Source: Acidimicrobiia bacterium
GTDB lineage: Bacteria; Actinomycetota; Acidimicrobiia; IMCC26256; CAWATG01
Direction: 5' to 3'
DNA: 64,000 nucleotides
Assembly (NCBI GenBank): GCA_046331155.1
Contig: JAXLRK010000001.1
Coordinates: 346,301 to 410,300, forward strand
A model generated the notes under the pieces. It had not been told where the DNA came from. It saw nothing but the letters and a program-made list of their open reading frames with translations, and made no database searches. Below, in pieces: positions 54,124 through 62,937 of this stretch (position 1 is the stretch's first letter; each line of letters starts with the position of its first letter). The translations under genes and the position numbers were made by a program.

Positions 54124-57096
54124 ATGCTGGATGTGCAACCGCGGATCACGAGCCTCCAGTTCGTCGGTCGGAGCACCGAGCTCGATCGCCTCACTTCCGC
54201 CTTCAAGACCGCGGCAGTGGACGAGCGGGCGACCCTCACGCTGCTCGGTGGCGAGGCCGGGGTCGGCAAGACCCGTCTCGTCACCGAGCTGGCCGCCAAG
54301 GTGCACGAGATCGGCGGGACCGTCTTCGTAGGGTCCTGCCTCGACCTCGCCGATCCCGTGGTCCCGTACGGACCGATCGTGCAGGTGCTTCGCTCGGTGC
54401 AGCGAACACTGGATGCGGCGGCGCTCGAGACGGTGATCGGCGGGGCCGGTGAGTTCGTCGGGCGTCTCGTCCCGGAGCTGCACCCCGTCAGGGTCGCCGA
54501 CGACCGGGCAACGCCAGGCGCGTTGTTCGAGCACCTGCTCGGCGTGGTCGAACGGCTCGGCGACCGGGCGCCCGCACTGCTGATCCTCGAGGACCTGCAC
54601 TGGGCCGACCGCTCGACCCGCGACCTCCTCGTCTACCTCGCTCGGAACCTCGACGCCGCCCGGGTGTCGATCGTCGGCACCTATCGCTCGGACGACCTGC
54701 ACCGGCGCCATCCCCTCCGATCGGTGCTCGCCGAGCTCGACCGGTCCGGTTCGGTGCAGCGGTTCGAGCTCCCCCGGTTCGACCACGAGGAGCTGCGCGA
54801 GATGATCTCGTCGATCCTCGGGTCCGAGCCGCCCGCGGACCTGCTCGACGCGGTCTACGAGCGCTCCGAAGGCAACGCCTTCTTCGCCGAAGAGCTGGTG
54901 GCGTCGCGCGACTCGTCGGACCGGCTGCCCACGACGCTGCGCGACATCCTCCTGGCTCGCATCGACACGCTGTCGAGCGAGGCCCAGCACCTCCTCGGCT
55001 TGATCTCGGTGATCGGTCGTCGTGCCGACCACCGCCTGGTGGCCGCGCTCGCGGACCGTCCGGACGAGGGGTGCTCCGCGGGTCTGCGCGACGCGATGGA
55101 ACGCCAGATCCTGCTCGTCGACGACGACGGCACCTCCTACAGCTTCCGTCACACACTGGTGGGCGAGGTCGTCTACGACGACCTGCTCCCCGGCGAGCGC
55201 GTGCGGCTCCACTCGCATCTCGCCGAGATCCTGACCGAGCACCCCGAATGGTGCGAGGGCGGCACCGGGGCGCTGGCAAGCGAGCTGGCGCGCCACTGGT
55301 CCGCCGCGCGGGACACCCGGCGGGCACTTCCCGCGACCTTGAACGCCGCCCGGGAAGCCGAGCGGATGTACGCGTACCCCGAGGCGCTCGAGCAGGTGGA
55401 ACGCTCGCTCGAGATGTGGCAGCACACCCCCGACGCCGCCGAGCTCTGCGGGATGCGCCTCGCCGACGTGATGACGTACGCCGCCGCCCTTGCGGACGCG
55501 ACGTCGAGGATCGATCGGGCCGTCGAGTTCCTCGCCGCCGCGGCCGAGCTCGTCGACGAACGCGACGATCCCGTCACGGCCGCGCTGCTCCACGAGCTCT
55601 GGGCCCGCTACCTCCGCGGCCTCGGCGCGCCGGTCGGCGAGATCCTCGACCATGTGGATCGAGCGGTCGCGCTCGTACCGCCGACGGCAAGCGCAGCACG
55701 CGCCCGGGTGCTCGCCACGCGCGGCCAGCAGCTCATGCTCGCCGGTCTGTCCGCGGAAGCCGTGGCGCCCTGCGAGGACGCCATCGCGCTCGCCCGCGAA
55801 GTGGGCGATCCGGCGATCGAGAGCCACGCCCGGAACTCACTCGGCGTGGCCCTCGCGGTGATGGGCGGCTCGGAGGAAGGCCTGGTCCACTTACGCCGCG
55901 CCCGCGAGCAGGCCGAGGAAGCCGGCGCGTGGGACGACGTGGTGCGCGCGTGCACCAACGAGTGCTCCGTGCTGTCGGGCCTGGCCCGCCACATCGAGTC
56001 GTGCGACCGCGCTCGGACCGGCCTCGAGACCGCGCGCCGACGCGGCCTGAGCAGCCACGCCGTGTGCCTCCGGCTGGTCGTGTGCGCGGAGCTCTACGCG
56101 CTGGGGTCCTACGACGAGCTCCGCAACCAGCTCGACCACTTCCCCGGTGATCGACCCGGGCTCGAGGCCTGGAACCTGGCACTGCTCTCCGCGCAGTGGT
56201 CCGCGGTCCACGGTGACTTCGACGCGGCGCGTGAGCAGCTCCAGCGGTTCCGGACCCTGCTCGGGCGGGAGCCGGAAGTCCCCTGGCTGATCGAGCTCCG
56301 GAGCCTCGAAGTCGAGCTCGCGTTGTGGGAGGGCGCCCTCGACACGGCCATCGAATGCGGCACAGCCGGGATGAGCACGACGACGGACCTGCTGCTGTGC
56401 GCCGACTCCATCTCCGCCACCGCGCTCCCTCTCAATGCCATGGCCGCCGCCGTCCGGCTCGCGAGCGGTACGGGCGCGCGGAACACCAACGTCCGCGCCC
56501 GCGCGGTCACCACGGGCCGCAAGGTCGCGGATCGGTTGCACGAGTGGATCGACGCCGAGCGCTGGGGATCGGGACGCCCGGGTGACATCGCGATCGCGGC
56601 TCGCCAGGTGGACGCCGAGCAGGCGAGCCTCGAAGGACACCCGGAAGAGCCCGAAGCGTGGTCGGCGCTCGCGAACGAATGGTCGTCACGCGGCATGCAC
56701 CCACGAGCCGCGTACACACGGTGGCGCGAGGCGGAGGAGCGGCTCGCGGTCGGCGACCGGCCGGGCGCCCGCGATGCGGCCCTTGCCGCGTTCGGGTTCG
56801 CCGACGGCGCCGGGTGGTCGTTCGTGCGCGACGGCGTGACCGATCTCGCCCGCCGGGCGCGTCTCGACATCGGGCTCGACGACGTCGTCAAGCCTGCCGA
56901 CCCGATGGGGCTCACCACAAGAGAGCTCGCGGTGCTCGCACTCGTTGCGGAGGGCCGGACCAATCGCCAGATCGCGGACGCGCTCTTCATCTCGGTGAAG
57001 ACCGCGAGCGCACACGTGTCGAGCCTGCTCGGCAAGCTCGGCGTCACCAACCGCGGCGAAGCCGGCGCCGCCGCCCGGCGACTCGGCCTCGTCTGA
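54124..57096 (+). CDS. large LuxR-family transcriptional regulator with an N-terminal AAA/NTPase domain (LAL/STAND-like)
   Basis: Walker A GGEAGVGKT, long helical/TPR-like middle, C-terminal LuxR HTH (TTRELAVLALVAEGRTNRQIADALFISVKTASAHV); 990 aa. Confidence 0.85.
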   Translation: MLDVQPRITSLQFVGRSTELDRLTSAFKTAAVDERATLTLLGGEAGVGKTRLVTELAAKVHEIGGTVFVGSCLDLADPVVPYGPIVQVLRSVQRTLDAAALETVIGGAGEFVGRLVPELHPVRVADDRATPGALFEHLLGVVERLGDRAPALLILEDLHWADRSTRDLLVYLARNLDAARVSIVGTYRSDDLHRRHPLRSVLAELDRSGSVQRFELPRFDHEELREMISSILGSEPPADLLDAVYERSEGNAFFAEELVASRDSSDRLPTTLRDILLARIDTLSSEAQHLLGLISVIGRRADHRLVAALADRPDEGCSAGLRDAMERQILLVDDDGTSYSFRHTLVGEVVYDDLLPGERVRLHSHLAEILTEHPEWCEGGTGALASELARHWSAARDTRRALPATLNAAREAERMYAYPEALEQVERSLEMWQHTPDAAELCGMRLADVMTYAAALADATSRIDRAVEFLAAAAELVDERDDPVTAALLHELWARYLRGLGAPVGEILDHVDRAVALVPPTASAARARVLATRGQQLMLAGLSAEAVAPCEDAIALAREVGDPAIESHARNSLGVALAVMGGSEEGLVHLRRAREQAEEAGAWDDVVRACTNECSVLSGLARHIESCDRARTGLETARRRGLSSHAVCLRLVVCAELYALGSYDELRNQLDHFPGDRPGLEAWNLALLSAQWSAVHGDFDAAREQLQRFRTLLGREPEVPWLIELRSLEVELALWEGALDTAIECGTAGMSTTTDLLLCADSISATALPLNAMAAAVRLASGTGARNTNVRARAVTTGRKVADRLHEWIDAERWGSGRPGDIAIAARQVDAEQASLEGHPEEPEAWSALANEWSSRGMHPRAAYTRWREAEERLAVGDRPGARDAALAAFGFADGAGWSFVRDGVTDLARRARLDIGLDDVVKPADPMGLTTRELAVLALVAEGRTNRQIADALFISVKTASAHVSSLLGKLGVTNRGEAGAAARRLGLV

Positions 57097-57164
57097 ACAC
57101 CACACTCAGGAACAACCCAGTCCGGCGGATCGTCCCGCCCGGCCCGACAGAAAGCAGGACCGTC

Positions 57165-57452
57165 ATGCCCAAGTACGTCATCGAGCGCACCCTTCCGGGA
57201 GCCGGTAGCTTCACGCCCTCGCGGCTCCACGACATCAGCTGCACGTCCAACGAGGTGCTCGCCGACATGGCCCCTCGCGCGCAGTGGATGCACAGCTACG
57301 TGACCGACGACAAGATCTACTGCGTGTACGTCGCCGAGAACGCAGACACGGTGCGCGAGCACGCGACGCGGGGTGGTTTCCCCGTCGACTCGGTGGCAAC
57401 GGTCCGCGCCGTCATCGACCCGACGACGGGCGAGCCGGCCCGGGACAGCTGA
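57165..57452 (+). CDS. DUF4242-domain protein
   Basis: MPKYVIERTLPGAGSFT...IYCVYVAE... 95 aa. Confidence 0.65.
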   Translation: MPKYVIERTLPGAGSFTPSRLHDISCTSNEVLADMAPRAQWMHSYVTDDKIYCVYVAENADTVREHATRGGFPVDSVATVRAVIDPTTGEPARDS

Positions 57453-57539
57453 GGGCACCCTGCCCGGGTGGTTTCGACGGTTCGCTGCTGAATCCGGGCG
57501 GCGGTGCCGTACGAGGAGCGTCAACTCGCCGCCTCGTGT

Positions 57540-57728
57540 TCAACGGTTGAGCGCCTCGAACACGTAGTAGACCATCCACGCGGGCCAGAACAGGCCCTGG
57601 ATGAACACGAGCACGTAGGCCCAGAACGAGTCGGCCTGTTGCCAGAAGTACACCCAGGCACCGAAGATGCCCAAGCAGTAGATGGCTCCGCCACCGGCTG
57701 CGCCGGCGCCCCGCTCCGCCATACCCAC
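57540..57728 (-). CDS. small Trp/Tyr/Phe-rich membrane protein (62 aa)
   Basis: Two hydrophobic helices (IYCLGIFGAWVYFW...YVLVFIQGLFWPAWMVYYVF). Weak support. Confidence 0.35.
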   Translation of the reverse strand: MGMAERGAGAAGGGAIYCLGIFGAWVYFWQQADSFWAYVLVFIQGLFWPAWMVYYVFEALNR

Positions 57729-57816
57729 CCGTCCTCGTCACCCGGTCGGCCTGCACCCGAGGGTCTCCGGGGCTACACGGATCCCGGCACGACTCTCGGA
57801 CCTGAACCTTCGTCAG

Positions 57817-57889
57817 CGCGCTCGGAGGGACTCGAACCCCCAACCTTCTGATCCGTAGTCAGATGCTCTATCCATTGAGCTACGAGCGC
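57817..57889 (-). tRNA. tRNA-Arg (anticodon ACG), no encoded CCA
   Basis: The minus strand reads GCGCTCGTAGCTCAATGGATAGAGCATCTGACTACGGATCAGAAGGTTGGGGTTCGAGTCCCTCCGAGCGCG; a clean cloverleaf. Confidence 0.9.
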
Positions 57890-57947
57890 TCGGTAGGACG
57901 CGCATCGTACAGCCGGACCGAGGTCTCGGCCTCCGCGAGCCCTCTGA

Positions 57948-58660
57948 TCAGGCCTTCGGGCTGGTGGGTGCCCTCTCGAGCGTCCGCTGACATCCTTGGC
58001 TCGCGAGCGCGCCGGTTACGGCCTCGGGTGCTTCGAGATCCTCGACGACGGCAACGGCCCGCGCGAGGAAGGTGTCGGGGAACTCGCGCGCTCGCGCGCC
58101 GGCGTCCTCGGTTGCGACGAGTGCCTGGCAACTCGCCGGAACGGTGTGGGCCGCGTGAATGCGGTGGCGGTGCCACGCGTCGTCCCACGCGATCGCGCGG
58201 CCTCGGGTCGCTGCCCGCGCGTCGAGGTGGTGGCGCAGCAGGGCGCGCTCGTGCGTCCGGCGCACCTCGGTGTCGAGCGCCAGGCGCAGGAAGTAGGACC
58301 CGTCGCGCAGGGGGTCGCCCAAGGCCACCAGACCCAGCTGAGGAAGCCGACGCGGCCGCGATCGTCGAAGAGGTTGCCCGGATGAGGGTCGCCGTGGATC
58401 ACGGTGTGCGGCGCGTCCCACCAGAGCGCCTGACCCCGCACCGGAACTTCGATCCATCGCTCGGCGATGGCGCCATGTGCGTCGTGGAGCTTGTCGCGAT
58501 GGCGTTCGATGGGGTGCCGGAGACGGTTCGCGCCGATGTTGGGTCGGGCGGGATCGGGCGGGCGTGGCCACCGCGGTGCTTCGACCCATGAAACGTCGGC
58601 GCCCGAGCGGCTGGAGGCTCCCTCGTATCGAACGTGCACGCCCGCGAGGTCTGTCAGGTC
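57948..58660 (-). pseudogene. aminoglycoside/choline-kinase-type phosphotransferase (APH family) remnant: N-terminally truncated and frameshifted at a G5/C5 homopolymer
   Basis: VIHGDPHPGNLFDD...GF(LDWE expected) is in one frame; GDPLRD...AIAWDDAWHRHRIHAAH continues in the +1 frame. The shift is at the gaccccctgcg run (about 58307..58325). No kinase N-lobe is present before the upstream gene stop at 58672. Confidence 0.5.
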
Positions 58661-58671
58661 GGCGGGTCCGA

Positions 58672-59211
58672 TCACCTTGCCCGGGAGTGCGTCGTCCGCT
58701 CGAGGAACCGCAGCATCCGGATGTGCTTCTTCGTGTCGAGGATCAGGGTGTCGACGACCACGCCGAGCAACGAGTCGCGTCGCAGCGGCCCCAGTCTCCT
58801 CCGGAAGCGGCGCAGCTTCCGGGCGTCCTTGCGCTCCTCGGCGAGCAGCCGCCGGGCGGTCTGCCGCAACTCCTTCCCTTCGGTGGGTTGCGTCAACCAC
58901 GGGACCCGCGGCCCGACCTCGCGCCATTCCGCCCCCGTGCGGAGCTGGTTGACCACCTCCAGGAGGGCCTGGTGGTGCCGCCGCTCGTCGGAGAGGATCA
59001 TGCCGGCGACGTACCGGACGTACTCGTCGGGCGCGTCCTCGGCAAGGTGCGCGTAATCAGCGAGGAGCCCCTCCTCGTCCGTGACGTGCTCGGCGAGTTG
59101 CGCGAGCAGGTCGCGATCGCGGGCACTGGGCTCAGGGACGGGTTCCCGGCTCGTGCGCGCCCGCGCCTGGCGAACGATCGTCTCGAGGGTCGATTCCGGA
59201 ACCTGGCTCAT
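58672..59211 (-). CDS. hypothetical helical protein (179 aa; ferritin-like E..H motif pattern)
   Basis: Internal Met MSQVPESTLETIV with a perfect AGGAGG SD; ...ILSDERRHHQALLEV...; divergent from the 2-hydroxyacid dehydrogenase. Confidence 0.55.
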   Translation of the reverse strand: MSQVPESTLETIVRQARARTSREPVPEPSARDRDLLAQLAEHVTDEEGLLADYAHLAEDAPDEYVRYVAGMILSDERRHHQALLEVVNQLRTGAEWREVGPRVPWLTQPTEGKELRQTARRLLAEERKDARKLRRFRRRLGPLRRDSLLGVVVDTLILDTKKHIRMLRFLERTTHSRAR

Positions 59212-59377
59212 GGAGACCTCCTGATCCTCCCCCCGTGTCATCGACCGGCGTGGCTCGGTGCTCAAGGCACGATACCGTGAGGTCCGCGGCCCCGAGCGAA
59301 ATGAGCCGGATGACCCCCACAGTAGGTAGCAGAACCGGCGCCGCGATGGACAGCGGGGCGTCCGAGGACCACTGACC

Positions 59378-60334
59378 GTGGGCCGCATCCTCGTCACCCG
59401 CCGGCTCCCCGTCGGCGGCCTCGATCCGCTCGCCGGCACCGATCACCAGATCGTCCAACGCGACGACGACGTCCCCTTCACGCACGACGACCTCGTGGAG
59501 GCGGCCCCCACGTTCGACGCGATCGTCTGCCTCCTCACCGACCGCATCGACGACACGGTGCTGAGCGCGGGTGCGATGGGGCGGCTTCGCGTGGTGGCCA
59601 ACGTCGCGGTCGGCTACGACAACATCGACGTCGACGCGGCCACGCGCCATCACGTCGCGGTGTGCAACACGCCCGGCGTCCTCGACGAGACCACCGCCGA
59701 TCTCGCGTTCCTGTTGATCCTCGCCGCGTCGCGGCTCTCCTCGGAGGCCGAGGCCGATCTGCGAGCCGGCCGCTGGCCCGGTTGGGGCATCAACCAGTAC
59801 CTCGGACGCGACGTCCACGGCGCGACGCTCGGGCTCGTGGGCTACGGGCGCATCGGCCGCGCCGTCGCCCGCCGGGCCGAGGGGTTCGGCATCACGGTGC
59901 TGCACCACACCCGTCATGACACCGGCGTCACCGGTTGGGTCGCCGCGCTCGACGCGCTCCTCGAACCATCCGACATCGTCTCGCTTCACGTGCCGTTGAA
60001 CGACGCGTCGCGCCACCTCATCGGCGCGCGTGAGCTCGCGCTGATGGGGCCCGCGGCGGTGCTCGTCAACACCGCGCGCGGCCCCGTCGTCGACGAGGAG
60101 GCCCTCGCCGACGCGTTGGAGCGCGGAGTGATCTTCGCCGCCGGGATCGACGTCTACGAGCGCGAGCCGGCGGTCCATCCGCGACTGCTCGCCGCACCGC
60201 GGGCGGTGCTGCTGCCGCACATCGGGAGCGCGTCGCAGGCCACGCGGGCCCGCATGGCGCAGGTCGCGTGCGCCGGCGTTCGGGCCGTGCTGGCGGGTGA
60301 GACTCCCACGAACCTCGTCGCCCCGACCTGCTGA
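59378..60334 (+). CDS. D-2-hydroxyacid dehydrogenase (glyoxylate/hydroxypyruvate reductase family)
   Basis: GTG start; GLVGYGRIGRAVARRA NAD-binding motif and the catalytic R..E..H triad region; 318 aa. Confidence 0.9.
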   Translation: MGRILVTRRLPVGGLDPLAGTDHQIVQRDDDVPFTHDDLVEAAPTFDAIVCLLTDRIDDTVLSAGAMGRLRVVANVAVGYDNIDVDAATRHHVAVCNTPGVLDETTADLAFLLILAASRLSSEAEADLRAGRWPGWGINQYLGRDVHGATLGLVGYGRIGRAVARRAEGFGITVLHHTRHDTGVTGWVAALDALLEPSDIVSLHVPLNDASRHLIGARELALMGPAAVLVNTARGPVVDEEALADALERGVIFAAGIDVYEREPAVHPRLLAAPRAVLLPHIGSASQATRARMAQVACAGVRAVLAGETPTNLVAPTC

Positions 60335-60353
60335 GAACTCGGGTTCTCAGCGC

Positions 60354-60719
60354 TCACGTCGCGAGAAGGAGCCACGTGCCACCCAGCGACGCGAGACCGC
60401 ACGCGGCGAGCACCGCGGCAAGCCCTCGCTTCGCGCCACGCTCGTGCACGGGGATCCGCGCTCGCACGCGGGCGAGCAACCGGTCGGCCCACACGAACTC
60501 GGCGCGGAGCAGCGCCAGCCCAGTTGCCACCACGATCAGCCCGGGCCCCGGGAGGACGAGCAACAACACGCCGACCACGAGCAAGACGTAGCCTGTGAGC
60601 ACGCGGAGAAGCCGCCGCGCGACGGTCCGTCGAGGGTTCCGTCGACCGGTCGGGGCCGCACGGGTCGCGACCACCGCGCCGGCCGGCTCCCGGGAGCGAC
60701 GGGGATCGGCGGGCGTCAC
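60354..60719 (-). CDS. PGPGW-domain small membrane protein
   Basis: GTG start overlapping the upstream stop (GTGA). RRLLRVLTGYVLLVVGVLLLVLPGPGLIVVATGLALL. Confidence 0.6.
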   Translation of the reverse strand: MTPADPRRSREPAGAVVATRAAPTGRRNPRRTVARRLLRVLTGYVLLVVGVLLLVLPGPGLIVVATGLALLRAEFVWADRLLARVRARIPVHERGAKRGLAAVLAACGLASLGGTWLLLAT

Positions 60720-60973
60720 GTCCGCTCGACCTCGGCGGCCCACATGCACGCCTGGGTGCGCCGGCGACGGCGTGCGGGCAGCCACGAGCTCGGCTCCGAC
60801 CGATTCGCCGACGATCCCCCGGGCTCCCCACGCGACGGCGACGCGAGCCGGTCGAGCACCCAGTCGACCTCGACGCGATCGAACCACACGCGGAGGCACA
60901 CGGGGCAGTAGTCGATCTCGACGCCCCTGCGGTCCATGACTTCGAGCGATCCGTTGCAGACGGGGCAAGCCAT
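60716..60973 (-). CDS. small zinc-ribbon protein (85 aa)
   Basis: MACPVCNGSLEVMDRRGVEIDYCPVCLRVWFD with a GGAGGAG SD; translationally coupled to the PGPGW gene. Confidence 0.55.
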   Translation of the reverse strand: MACPVCNGSLEVMDRRGVEIDYCPVCLRVWFDRVEVDWVLDRLASPSRGEPGGSSANRSEPSSWLPARRRRRTQACMWAAEVERT

Positions 60974-61195
60974 GATCTCTCCTCCGGTTCGGGGTCGCGG
61001 CCTGGACCGCGACCGACCTTCCCGAAGGTCTCTCCCGCCCGGAGGCCGGCGATGCCGGGACCGACCACCGGCCCGTGTTGACGACATCACCGCGTGGGGA
61101 TACTCCCCTTCACGCGTACAGGACCCTACACGAGCCCTGCACGCCTGGAACCAAGCCTACCGACGCGCACATCGGAGATCAACCGCCACTCGGTC

Positions 61196-61288
61196 TGGCG
61201 GAGGGCGAGGGATTTGAACCCTCGAGGGGGCTAATCACCCCCTACTCGCTTAGCAGGCGAGCACCTTCGGCCACTCGGTCAGCCCTCC
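61196..61288 (-). tRNA. tRNA-Ser (anticodon GCT) with a genomically encoded CCA end
   Basis: The minus strand reads GGAGGGCTGACCGAGTGGCCGAAGGTGCTCGCCTGCTAAGCGAGTAGGGGGTGATTAGCCCCCTCGAGGGTTCAAATCCCTCGCCCTCCGCCA. Confidence 0.9.
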
Positions 61289-61384
61289 CGGTCCCCCGAG
61301 TATACGAAGCCCCGGCCGGGGCCCGGCCGAGTCGACAGGCTCAGTTCAACCGGTGGCGATTGTGAGGGCATTCGCTACAGATCG

Positions 61385-61840
61385 TTACCTCTTGGTGGGG
61401 AGGTTCGTCACGTAGGCGTCGAGCCGTTCGAGGGTGGCGTCGATGTATCGCTTCGCTCTCGGTACCCAGCCCGTGAACCGCACGTAGAACGGGATCCGGC
61501 TCGTGGAGTAGTCGGCCGTCTCGCGTACCAGCGTCGAAGCACCTCGGGGTTCGAGCTCGTAGCGCCACACCCAGCCCCCGAAGTGCCGCCACCCGATCCG
61601 GCGGCCCTCCTCGAACTCGACGACGGTGTTGGTCATCCGGTACGGCACGCCGAGGCGCATCGACATCCCGAACCGCGCCCCGGGCGAGAGCCGCGCCGGC
61701 CCCTTCGGCGACGCGCCCTGCACCGTCCCCGAACCGTCGAAGCGCGAGTGCTGGCGGGGATCGGCGAGCACGTCGAAGATCGTGTCCGCGGGCGCGCCGA
61801 TCAGGCGTTCTCCGCTGACGACGAGCGAGGATCCGGCCAT
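61385..61840 (-). CDS. SRPBCC-family protein (polyketide cyclase/START-like), 151 aa
   Basis: Internal Met MAGSSLVVSGERLIGAPADTIFDVLADPRQHSRFDG...; typical SRPBCC length and pattern. Confidence 0.7.
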   Translation of the reverse strand: MAGSSLVVSGERLIGAPADTIFDVLADPRQHSRFDGSGTVQGASPKGPARLSPGARFGMSMRLGVPYRMTNTVVEFEEGRRIGWRHFGGWVWRYELEPRGASTLVRETADYSTSRIPFYVRFTGWVPRAKRYIDATLERLDAYVTNLPTKR

Positions 61841-61865
61841 CGCCCGACACGCTAGCGTCGATCCC

Positions 61866-62879
61866 GTGGACGCGGTCGAGGCTCTGGAACGCATCGCGTA
61901 CGTCCTCGAACGCGGCCGGGCGGAGTCGCATCGGGTGCAGGCGTTCCGGCGCGCTGCCGACGTCGTCCGCGAGCTGAGCCCGTCGGACCTCGCGGAGCGC
62001 GCTCGCACCGGCACGCTGGCCGAGCTGCCGGGCATCGGGCCGAAGACGGCGGCGGTCATCACCGAGGCGCTCGCCGGGCGCGAACCCGAGTACCTGCGCC
62101 ACGTCGAAGCCGAGCACCCGTCGATCACCACCGGCGCCGGTGGCACCCTGCGCGCCGAATTGCGCGGCGACCTCCACTCGCACTCCGACTGGTCCGACGG
62201 TGGGTCGTCGATCGACGTGATGGCCCGCGCCGCGCAGGAGCAGGGCCACGAGTACTGGGCCCTGACCGACCACTCGCCGCGCCTCACCGTCGCCCACGGC
62301 CTCGACGCCGACCGCCTGCTCGCACAGCTCGACGTGATCGACGAGCTCAACGAGACGCTCGCGCCGTTCCGGATCCTCACCGGCCAGGAGGTCGACATCC
62401 TCGAGGACGGTTCCCTCGACCAGCGCGACGACATCCTCGCTCGCCTCGACGTCGTCATCGCGAGCGTGCACTCCAAGCTGCGCATGGAGGAACGGGCCAT
62501 GACGCAGCGCATGATCGCCGCGCTCGCCAGCCCGCACGTCGACATCCTGGGGCACTGCACCGGACGGCTCATCGCCGGCCGCGGACGCCCGGAGTCCACC
62601 TTCGACGCCGAGCTGGTCTTCGCCGCCGCCTCGCACCTCGACAAGGCGATCGAGATCAACTGCCGGCCCGAACGTCTCGACCCACCCCGCCGGCTGCTGC
62701 GACTCGCGCTGGAGCAGGGCTGCAAGGTGAGCATCGACACGGACGCCCACGCACCGGGCCAGCTCGAGTGGCTGCCCTACGGTTGCGAACGGGCCGCCGA
62801 GTGCGACGTCCCCGTCGCCTCGGTCGTCAACACGTGGCCGGTCGAGGACCTCCGCGCCTGGACCGCCTCACATTCCTGA
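61866..62879 (+). CDS. PHP-domain phosphoesterase with an N-terminal PolX-like helix-hairpin-helix region (no polymerase core)
   Basis: LAELPGIGPKTAAVI (HhH), then GDLHSHSDWSDGG and LTDHSP... PHP metal-binding motifs. The GTG start is uncertain. Confidence 0.65.
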   Translation: MDAVEALERIAYVLERGRAESHRVQAFRRAADVVRELSPSDLAERARTGTLAELPGIGPKTAAVITEALAGREPEYLRHVEAEHPSITTGAGGTLRAELRGDLHSHSDWSDGGSSIDVMARAAQEQGHEYWALTDHSPRLTVAHGLDADRLLAQLDVIDELNETLAPFRILTGQEVDILEDGSLDQRDDILARLDVVIASVHSKLRMEERAMTQRMIAALASPHVDILGHCTGRLIAGRGRPESTFDAELVFAAASHLDKAIEINCRPERLDPPRRLLRLALEQGCKVSIDTDAHAPGQLEWLPYGCERAAECDVPVASVVNTWPVEDLRAWTASHS

Positions 62880-62937
62880 CCCGTCTACGACAGGTGGCGG
62901 TTCCGAACGGATTCGCCTCCGATCGCCACCGCCTGGA

